DNA of 32,000 nucleotides from Staphylothermus marinus F1. Its GTDB lineage: Archaea; Thermoproteota; Thermoprotei_A; Sulfolobales; Desulfurococcaceae. The stretch lies in contig NC_009033.1 of the NCBI RefSeq assembly GCF_000015945.1, forward strand, positions 1,320,001-1,352,000. The letters run 5' to 3'. The notes below the pieces were generated by a model that was not told the origin of the DNA, searched no databases, and saw only the letters and a list, made by a program, of their open reading frames with translations. The position numbers were made by a program, and so were the translations under genes. Below, one piece after another: positions 9,324 to 16,315 of this stretch; within the stretch, counting starts at the first letter, position 1; every line of letters begins with the position of its first letter.

Positions 9324-9929
9324 ATGAAACATGGAATTAGCTACTCCAGGCTTATGTTAGAAAAGATTTCAAACATAACGAATGAGTTGGAGATACGCGG
9401 TATAAGATCGGTTGTGCTAAATGATCTTGCTATATCTTTATATGGAATAATAAAACCAGTTGATGAGATCAGAATACTTGTTGAGGGTAAAGAACTTGAT
9501 ACTATAGCTTATGTTGTAGCTAAAGAATTGGGAATGAGTATTTATCAAAGAGATATTTATAATTCTCTTAGAACACTTGGTAAAGCTGTGATTAATCCAG
9601 TCCTTATACCATTGACTATTTTAGAAATTACTCGGAGCCCTATAGATACCGGAATATTAGTCAACAGGATTAGATTTACCTACAAAGAACTATATATCTA
9701 TGTTCCCCAAATAGAATACTTAATCTGTAAGCTTTTAACATACAATGCTTATCCATATAATATATATGCTTATGCTTTAATGATTGTTCACAAGGAAATC
9801 ATTGATCGAGGCGTAATTAAAAGATTATTAAAAGATACTAATATAGATCTAGATAAAATTATGGAAAATATTTCGAGAATAAAATCCATAATAGAATTAT
9901 TTCCAGAACTAAGTAACGAGAATACCTGA
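9324..9929 (+). CDS. Hypothetical protein, possibly a degenerate nucleotidyltransferase fold
   Basis: 201-aa ORF with coding-like composition. The segment VVLNDLAISLYGIIKPVDEIRILVEG loosely resembles the G-x-x-A...yG...D-x-D strand of minimal or AbiEii-like nucleotidyltransferases, but the second Asp is absent. No confident family call. Confidence 0.4.
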   Translation: MKHGISYSRLMLEKISNITNELEIRGIRSVVLNDLAISLYGIIKPVDEIRILVEGKELDTIAYVVAKELGMSIYQRDIYNSLRTLGKAVINPVLIPLTILEITRSPIDTGILVNRIRFTYKELYIYVPQIEYLICKLLTYNAYPYNIYAYALMIVHKEIIDRGVIKRLLKDTNIDLDKIMENISRIKSIIELFPELSNENT

Positions 9930-10012
9930 AGAATAAACTAAATAAAACACTTTGCTTTATGCTTCTAATATGAGATATGTAATAATTATAGAGAGTAGGG
10001 GGTTAATCCAAA

Positions 10013-11155
10013 ATGGCAACTAGTGAGAGATTATTTGAGAAATTAAAGCCGTTATCACCTGGACAAGAGGAAATGAAGAAAGCGTTTATGAATAAAAACT
10101 ATGAGATCATAGGATTATTTGGGCCTACGGGGTCGGGTAAAAGCTTGTTCAGTGTAGTGTATAGTATCGATGCTGTATTGAATGGTGAGTACTCAAGATT
10201 CATATTGTCTAGGCCAATAGTTGATGTTGTAACAGGTAAAGAATTAACAACTGCAGATATTGGGCAACAATACTATGAATTAGCAACGAGTTATCTAAAA
10301 GACATATTGACAGGATTCGTTGAATGGGGGATCGTTAAGAACCTGCTTGATTCGGGAAAAATAGTTGTAGCAGACACACATTATCTGAGAGGCAGAACGT
10401 TTGATGATTCAATAATATTTCTAGACGATGCTCAGAGCATATCTCCTGAAAGCGCTGTCGAGATCATGATGAGGATTGGGCGGAACAGTAGATTTATCAT
10501 AGCTGGAGACCCTGTGTTTCAAAAACATCTATCGCAAAGTGATGGAGCATCGATGCTGAGAGAAATTCTTTTAGGAGAAGAAACTGCTAAAGTAATAGAT
10601 CTTGGATTAAAAGATATTGTTAGACCAGGTGCTAGGAGGGGGATTAGGCTCTTACTAGAAATAAGAATGAGGCGCAGATCTCTCAACGAAGCTGAGAAAC
10701 AAGTAATTGATTCAGCAAGGCTTCACGCTCCAGACGCTGATATAGTTACAGTTGTAGAATTTATTGATGAAAAGAAAACCTACAATATATTATCAGAAAA
10801 TGTTCCAGACGCACTAATAATTGTTAAGGAAGGCCATCTAGGAAGAATAATTGGTAGAGGAGGAGAGAGAATAGAAGCTATAGAAGCAGATACAGGATTA
10901 AAACTGAGAGCTGTAGAATTAACACTTGACTTTAAACCATTAATAAGAGCTATACATCCAGTAAGCTGGGTATACAAGTTTATAGCAGACGTTGATTTCG
11001 CAGGACCCGATCTAGCTGTGAAGGTAGAGACTGATGGATTCGGAGCATTCGTAGGCCAGAAAGGATTCCACGTGAAATTCCTAGATGCAGTAATGAGGAA
11101 GTTACTGGGTGTTGGCGTGAAAGCAAAGGAGATCGGTGGTAAACGGAGAAAATAA
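10013..11155 (+). CDS. PhoH-like ATPase fused to KH RNA-binding domains
   Basis: 380 aa. Walker A is GPTGSGKS and Walker B-like is IIFLDDAQ, with the PhoH-like IIAGDPVFQ. The C-terminal KH GxxG motifs are GRIIGRGGERIEAIE and GAFVGQKGFHVKFL. Confidence 0.75.
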   Translation: MATSERLFEKLKPLSPGQEEMKKAFMNKNYEIIGLFGPTGSGKSLFSVVYSIDAVLNGEYSRFILSRPIVDVVTGKELTTADIGQQYYELATSYLKDILTGFVEWGIVKNLLDSGKIVVADTHYLRGRTFDDSIIFLDDAQSISPESAVEIMMRIGRNSRFIIAGDPVFQKHLSQSDGASMLREILLGEETAKVIDLGLKDIVRPGARRGIRLLLEIRMRRRSLNEAEKQVIDSARLHAPDADIVTVVEFIDEKKTYNILSENVPDALIIVKEGHLGRIIGRGGERIEAIEADTGLKLRAVELTLDFKPLIRAIHPVSWVYKFIADVDFAGPDLAVKVETDGFGAFVGQKGFHVKFLDAVMRKLLGVGVKAKEIGGKRRK

Positions 11156-11157
11156 TA

Positions 11158-11422
11158 TAGACTATTTACTTATTTGGATACTATGATTGTTATTGGAAAT
11201 TATGAAAACTATTATTGTTTTGATGGATTAGTGGAGATCTCTTTTATAAACCCTCCTAACGTAACGGTTAATGGAATGCGGATGAAGGGCTCTAGGTGGT
11301 CTTGGTGGAGCCCCGATAACCCCCTCAATGAAGAGAGTGAAAACCCGATCCAAGAGGGGGAAGCCCCTGCAAATACTCATAACATCCAAAATAACCAAAA
11401 AATAAAGCACAGACAACCACAC
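11158..11422 (+). repeat. GC-rich dispersed element, copy A (unclassified; candidate sRNA gene or MITE)
   Basis: Homologous by direct reading to 13915-14176 (+) and 18447-18629 (-). Shared parts are the 5' block tagactatttacttatttggatactatgattgtt, tttataaa at 11243-11250, and the GC-rich core 11281-11370 with hairpins gggctc/gagccc and ccccctc/gaggggg. Confidence 0.8.
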
Positions 11423-11681
11423 CATGCTGGGAGGCTTTGAGCCCTGCTCCTATAACCCCTCACTACATCACTTAAATACGAACCACCATAAAAGTTTCCG
11501 TTAATCAACATAAACTACACTATCCATTACATGGATTTGTAGTGGCTATGTTTTATTTTATTATGGTATGGTCTTTGTTATGGTTGGTTATTTGTAATTA
11601 TGGAGAATAAATTCTTTTATGTGGAAACTGGGTTTACTATAACAATATAAAATAATGTATTGATAGGATAATCTCTAATGT

Positions 11682-13019
11682 ATGGACAGGATGTTTGGTG
11701 GGGATGTTATGGTTGAAAATGTAGTATGGTATCATATTGAGGATGTTTTGTCGGATGATTTTATTGGTAAAAAAGTTTGTGTTAGAGGCTGGATTTATCG
11801 TAGAAGTGTTGTTGGTGGGAAAGCTTTTGTTAGGGTGAGGGGTTCAACTGGAATTATACAAGTTGTTGTTGATCGGGAGAAGTGTGGGGAAGAAATAGTT
11901 AGGATACTTAAGGATATTGGTTTAGAAGCTAGTGTTATGACGTGTGGTGAGCTCGTTAAACAACCACGTGCTCCAGGCGGATACGAGGTTCACGCTGATT
12001 GGTTCAGGATAGTTGGTTATAGTAGAGATTTCCCGATCAAGGGTGGTGAGGGGATAGATTATTTATTAGATAATAGGCATCTCTGGATTAGAAGCCGAAA
12101 ACTAACAGAGATCATGAAGATCAAGCACAGTGTTCTCAAAGCTGGGAGAGAATACTTTGTAGAGAATGATTGGTGGGAAGTAACACCCCCAATACTGACA
12201 GCATCAGCTGTTGAGGGAGGAGCTACACTATTCCCCGTTAAATACTTTGATAAAACAGCTTATCTAAGCCAGAGCGCTCAACTATATCTTGAAGCCCTAA
12301 TATATAGTCTTGAAAAAGTATGGAGCCTCACAACTAGTTTTAGAGCGGAAAAATCACGTACACGTAGACACTTAGCAGAATACTGGCATTTAGAAGCAGA
12401 GGCTGCATGGTATAATATGGAGGATATGATGAGGGTAGCTGAAGAACTAGTAGCGTATATTGTTCAATACATTCTAGAACATAATAAGAGACAATTAGAG
12501 ATTCTAGGCAGAGACCTTAAAATATTGAAGAACTCCGTTGAACCACCATATCCTAGGATACGATATGATGAAGCAATAGAGATTCTACAGAAGAAAGGTG
12601 TTAATATTGAGTGGGGAGATGATCTGGGTGCTGATGAGGAGAGAGTTCTTACAATGGAGTTTGACAAACCATTCTTCATAACTCATTTCCCCAAGGAGAT
12701 TAAAAGCTTCTATATGAAGCTTGATCCAGAAAATGAAAAACTAGCTCTAGGATTCGATCTCTTAGCGCCGGAGGGATATGGTGAAATTATAGGTGGGAGC
12801 GAGCGTGAAGACGACTATAATAAATTGCTTAACAGAATAATTGAGCAAGGATATGATCCTGAAGACTACAAATGGTATCTTGATCTCAGAAAATATGGAT
12901 CAGTACCCCATAGTGGTTTCGGCTTAGGAATCGAGAGACTAGTTATGTGGATAGCTGGGCTAGACCATATTAGAGACGCTACACCATTCCCGAGATTTAG
13001 AGGTAGAATTTATCCATAA
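11682..13019 (+). CDS. asnS: Asparaginyl-tRNA synthetase (class IIb)
   Basis: The N-terminal OB anticodon-binding segment is VCVRGWIYRRSVVGGKAFVRVRG. Motif 2 is FRAEKSRTRRHLAEYWHLEAE (AsnRS-type HLAE-W-E) and motif 3 is GFGLGIERLVMWIAGLDHIRDATPFPR. The likely true start is ATG 11709 (MVENVVWYH), preceded by GGTGGGG. Confidence 0.75.
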   Translation: MDRMFGGDVMVENVVWYHIEDVLSDDFIGKKVCVRGWIYRRSVVGGKAFVRVRGSTGIIQVVVDREKCGEEIVRILKDIGLEASVMTCGELVKQPRAPGGYEVHADWFRIVGYSRDFPIKGGEGIDYLLDNRHLWIRSRKLTEIMKIKHSVLKAGREYFVENDWWEVTPPILTASAVEGGATLFPVKYFDKTAYLSQSAQLYLEALIYSLEKVWSLTTSFRAEKSRTRRHLAEYWHLEAEAAWYNMEDMMRVAEELVAYIVQYILEHNKRQLEILGRDLKILKNSVEPPYPRIRYDEAIEILQKKGVNIEWGDDLGADEERVLTMEFDKPFFITHFPKEIKSFYMKLDPENEKLALGFDLLAPEGYGEIIGGSEREDDYNKLLNRIIEQGYDPEDYKWYLDLRKYGSVPHSGFGLGIERLVMWIAGLDHIRDATPFPRFRGRIYP

Positions 13020-13022
13020 AAG

Positions 13023-13718
13023 GTGCTTTTATTGTCTCAGAGTATTGGAGAAGAAATAATAAGTATTCTCCGCAAACACTACAAGTTAAACCTGAAAGAA
13101 TTCATTGCTCCAAATATTCGTGATAAATCATTGTTTGAATACATTATTGGAGTTATGCTTAGCCAGAATACAAGCGATAAAAACGCTATTCGAGCCTATC
13201 TCAACCTTAAAAAGATATATGGAGAAATAACGCCCGAGAAAATCCTCTCTACATCCATAGAAAAATTAGTTGAAGCATTAAAACCTGCTGGAATGTATAA
13301 TCAAAGAGCTCAACGCATAGTCGAGTTAGCCAAAATATTTACAGAGAGAAACGTTAAGGAGGAGCTTAGAAAACTAGTAGAGGAGGGGAAACTTAGAGAA
13401 GCTAGAAAATACCTTGTCAACCTGCCAGGTGTTGGTTTAAAAACAGCTGATGTAGTCTTATTAATGTATTATAAACAACCAGTATTCCCTGTAGACACAC
13501 ATATTCGTAGAGTATCGAAGAGACTGGGATATATTGAAAAGGACAATTATGAAACCATATCCCGTTGGTGGATGAAACAATTAAAACCAAACGAATACCT
13601 AGAAGCACACCTCCTCCTAATAACGCATGGTAGAAAAACATGTAAAGCAAGAAAACCATTATGCGATAAATGTCCCATAAACAAGTATTGTAAATACTAT
13701 TGCAAAACAATCATATAA
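13023..13718 (+). CDS. nth: Endonuclease III / HhH-GPD DNA glycosylase with 4Fe-4S cluster
   Basis: 231 aa. The HhH motif is LPGVGLKTADVVLL, followed by VDTHIRRVSKRLG. The C-terminal Cys cluster is CKARKPLCDKCPINKYC. GTG start lies 3 nt after the asnS stop. Confidence 0.8.
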   Translation: MLLLSQSIGEEIISILRKHYKLNLKEFIAPNIRDKSLFEYIIGVMLSQNTSDKNAIRAYLNLKKIYGEITPEKILSTSIEKLVEALKPAGMYNQRAQRIVELAKIFTERNVKEELRKLVEEGKLREARKYLVNLPGVGLKTADVVLLMYYKQPVFPVDTHIRRVSKRLGYIEKDNYETISRWWMKQLKPNEYLEAHLLLITHGRKTCKARKPLCDKCPINKYCKYYCKTII

Positions 13719-13914
13719 TACTTCATTCTTAATACTATGCATCCTACTGATTATAATACAATGAATCAAACCAATATTGTATTGATAAGTTTGCCTAGAG
13801 AGCTTGTAAGTGGATTCAATAAGAGTATAATGATTACTGTTCTCAATAATAATACTGAGATACCTTTACCATATATTTATGCTCCCACTAAGAAGGAACA
13901 CATAAACTTCACAG

Positions 13915-14176
13915 TAGACTATTTGCTTATTTGGATATTATGGTTGTTTTGGAAATTGTGGAAATCATGATTGTTTTAATTATTGGGTTCGCTTTATAAA
14001 TCCTCACTAATATAATGGTTAATGGTTTAAAACTGCAGATGAAGGGCTCAAAGTGGTCTGTGTGGAGCCCCGATAGCCCCCTCAATGAAGGAGTGAAGCC
14101 CCAACCCAAGAGGGGGAAGCCCGTGCAGATATCCAAAATTTCCAAAACAACCAAAAAATAAAGCACGGGCAACCAC
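13915..14176 (+). repeat. GC-rich dispersed element, copy B (most intact copy)
   Basis: Same family as 11158-11422. tttataaa is at 13993-14000. Hairpins are gggctc/gagccc (14044-14049/14065-14070), ccccctc/gaggggg (14077-14083/14110-14116) and gcccgtgc/gcacgggc (14119-14126/14163-14170). A 21-nt inverted repeat pairs 13941-13961 with 14133-14153. Confidence 0.8.
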
Positions 14177-14206
14177 TATACATATAATGGTAGAAAATTA
14201 TCACAT

Positions 14207-14467
14207 ATGAGTTCTGTGGAAGCAAACAACTTGTTGAAAAACATATTAGATGGCGGGATTTCTACTAGTTCCGTAAAACCTGTAAGCATAGATTACAGCT
14301 TTCCTGTTAAGAATAAATCTTATGGAATACTTGTAGTTTTACCAAAGAAAAACATGAAACCCTCAAATTCCAGCTACAATGAATGGTTTAATGAAGCACT
14401 GAGACAAGGATTTACTCATAGATTAATATATAGATTCGACAACTATATTTTCTTATGTTTACTATAA
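14207..14467 (+). CDS. Small hypothetical protein
   Basis: 86-aa ORF with an ATG start, no recognisable motifs, and adjacent to repeat copy B. Coding status is uncertain. Confidence 0.3.
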   Translation: MSSVEANNLLKNILDGGISTSSVKPVSIDYSFPVKNKSYGILVVLPKKNMKPSNSSYNEWFNEALRQGFTHRLIYRFDNYIFLCLL

Positions 14468-14587
14468 ATTTAATGAATCCAGTGGTTCAGGATATGAATT
14501 ACCGGTTCTGAGATCCTCTAATAGATCATACGTATTCGATGCATATAGCTTGAAAAATCTATATCCATTATTGTTGTTAGGTTTTTA

Positions 14588-14812
14588 ATGGCTCCTATTA
14601 TATGTTATTGCCAAGTAGAAGCTGCAAATAATGCTTCAATCACATATTCTAATAGAGTGGTTATCTTTAATGCATTGATTTCATACTTATTATTGCTTGG
14701 CTTACCGGCTCTTACAATATTCTTTTCAACTTTACCGATCAGGATCTATATTGGTGAAAAATATTCTGGGAATAACTCTTTCTACAAACAAATATTTGTA
14801 GGAGAGAACTAG
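14588..14812 (+). CDS. Hypothetical membrane protein fragment (possible 5' part of a frameshifted gene)
   Basis: 74-aa ORF with one TM-like segment (ALISYLLLLGLPALTIFFSTL). The downstream ORF frame is already open before this ORF ends (see finding). Confidence 0.3.
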   Translation: MAPIICYCQVEAANNASITYSNRVVIFNALISYLLLLGLPALTIFFSTLPIRIYIGEKYSGNNSFYKQIFVGEN

Positions 14813-14877
14813 TTCTATTCTATATTACCTTCACTATAGTTTATCTTGTTTCTGCAATTGTCTTCTATATTATTAGC

Positions 14878-15300
14878 TTGATCCTTGATCCTTTTACTTA
14901 TGTAGAGACATACGCTATAGTATCCAATATTACAGTAGTCGGTCTTTTACTGTTTTCAGCTTATGTAAGCATGTATTCTGTCTGGGCTGTTTTAATAAAG
15001 AATAGGAGAAAAGCTTTTATGATCGGTTTATCATCTACTATAGTTGTAAGCATTATATCTCTTTTCGTAATGTTTACTATTAATGTATTATTTGGTAGAT
15101 TTTACTTTTTTAAATGTGATCCTGCTAGTTATGGAATCGAGGTTTTAAACCCGTATACTCAGAGTATTGCAGATGCTAACAGCATATATCTTTCACGTCT
15201 AGTAGCCAATATGTTGTGGATAATATTGTTTTTGCAGAGATATTATTATGAACTAGAATCTCAGCGTATCCCATTAGATCTGCTTAAATCTCTCGTTTAA
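14878..15300 (+). CDS. Hypothetical polytopic membrane protein
   Basis: 140 aa with about 4 hydrophobic helices and a TTG start. The reading frame is open upstream from 14776 and encodes a further TM-like segment without a start codon. Confidence 0.45.
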   Translation: MILDPFTYVETYAIVSNITVVGLLLFSAYVSMYSVWAVLIKNRRKAFMIGLSSTIVVSIISLFVMFTINVLFGRFYFFKCDPASYGIEVLNPYTQSIADANSIYLSRLVANMLWIILFLQRYYYELESQRIPLDLLKSLV

Positions 15301-16257
15301 GTATATATTTCCTCTCCAATGGTATCCTAGTGCTTCCCAGTAGCCATCAACATATTTATTTGTGAAAATTATTTTTTCCACCCATTTCGCACTCTTCCAT
15401 CCATAGAGGTGTGGAATAATTATTCTTGCCGGAAAACCTTGCTCAAGCGGTAATGGTTTACCATTCATTTTCAAGGCTAGAATCGAATTATTAAATACGA
15501 AGTCTTCGTAGGGGATAATTGTTGTGTATCCATCAAGAGATACTATATAAACCCATTTCACTCCAGGCTTAATTCTAGCTTCTTCAGCAAACCTTCTCAG
15601 AGGAACCCCTGTCCATTCAACATCTTTCACACTCCACCCTGTAACGCAGTGGAAATCTGTTTTAATAGTAATGTGTTCCATTCTAAGAAGGTCTTCATAC
15701 TTGTATCTAAGCTCTTTTTCTACTTCTCCAGTTATCTTCAAAGACCACTCATTTATTCTTATATAGGGTTGTCCAAGGATACGGTATATTATGAAGCTAG
15801 GAATAAATCTTTGACCAGGCGGTGTTTTCCCATATTCTTTAACTGATTTCTCAATAACTGTTTGTTTAGTAAATAAAGTGTTCAGCTTCTCAATTTCTGG
15901 AAGACTTGTCTTAGTTTTTTCTATATATTTTTCTCCAATAGTGAAAACTATCATTATTAACTTATTCCTCCTTGTTACCGCTCTTATACCAATATATCCT
16001 TTCCTATCCAAGCAGTTCAAATGATAACTATAAATAATAAATTCATCATTTATCGGTTCGTTGTCTACGAATTCTAAACTGCACTCATCATTGTCTAATG
16101 TGAAGATGCGGGTTGAATACTCCCATATTAATGGTTTTAGGATAGAATAATTTATTTCATCGTATTCCTTGTTGATAAAGCATTGGATTACCTTCACAAT
16201 ACCCTTCTTATATAAGCCTGGAGAACTTGTGGATATGCAATTCAAATATTTCACCAA
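15274..16257 (-). CDS. Molybdopterin-dependent oxidoreductase (sulfite oxidase / YedY-MsrP-like Mo-co domain) with unknown N-terminal extension
   Basis: 327 aa. The C-terminal ~190 aa carry PPGQRFIPSF...W.LKITGEVE...DFHCVTGWSVKDVEWTGVPLRRF...GFPARIIIPHLYGWKSAKWV, typical of the Oxidored_molyb domain. The N-terminal ~140 aa are unrecognised. No signal peptide seen. Confidence 0.7.
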   Translation of the reverse strand: MVKYLNCISTSSPGLYKKGIVKVIQCFINKEYDEINYSILKPLIWEYSTRIFTLDNDECSLEFVDNEPINDEFIIYSYHLNCLDRKGYIGIRAVTRRNKLIMIVFTIGEKYIEKTKTSLPEIEKLNTLFTKQTVIEKSVKEYGKTPPGQRFIPSFIIYRILGQPYIRINEWSLKITGEVEKELRYKYEDLLRMEHITIKTDFHCVTGWSVKDVEWTGVPLRRFAEEARIKPGVKWVYIVSLDGYTTIIPYEDFVFNNSILALKMNGKPLPLEQGFPARIIIPHLYGWKSAKWVEKIIFTNKYVDGYWEALGYHWRGNIYLNERFKQI

Positions 16258-16315
16258 AATAAATACTATACTATTAGGAATATTAAGGTAATTAGAGTAT
16301 TTTTAGTGTTTATAG

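Noticed and set aside
11174-11440. ORFs across repeat copy A (88 aa on +, 65 aa on - at 11228-11425) as small protein genes
   Set aside because: The nucleotide sequence is conserved among the three copies, but a 1-nt indel between copies A and B shifts the frame. Copy C has an in-frame stop and no start. Conservation is therefore at the DNA/RNA level, not the protein level.
11682-13019. Alternative call as aspartyl-tRNA synthetase
   Set aside because: Motif 2 (FRAEKSRTRRHLAEYWHLEAE) and the C-terminal GFGLGIERL...PFPR match the AsnRS pattern better than archaeal AspRS. This remains a motif-level judgement.
13737-13970. 77-aa ORF following nth
   Set aside because: Its last ~18 codons and stop are supplied by the repeat element, it has no recognisable motifs, and its composition is Asn/Ile-rich. 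At best it is a truncated remnant, so it is not listed as a feature.
13927-14172. 81-aa minus-strand ORF in repeat copy B
   Set aside because: It lies entirely within the repeat element. Its similarity to the copy A minus-strand ORF holds only over the segment before the indel. It is most likely a non-coding element.
14470-14525. AATGAAT ... CTGAGA motifs suggesting a C/D sRNA in the spacer after ORF 14207-14467
   Set aside because: The box C is degenerate, no D'/C' pair exists, and the spacers do not fit the 12-nt rule.
13700-15300. Idea that 13.7-15.3 kb is an integrated mobile element bounded by the repeats
   Set aside because: There is no integrase and no viral or plasmid genes. The direct copies A and B flank housekeeping genes (asnS, nth) rather than cargo. 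A weak-ORF, decaying region is a simpler description.
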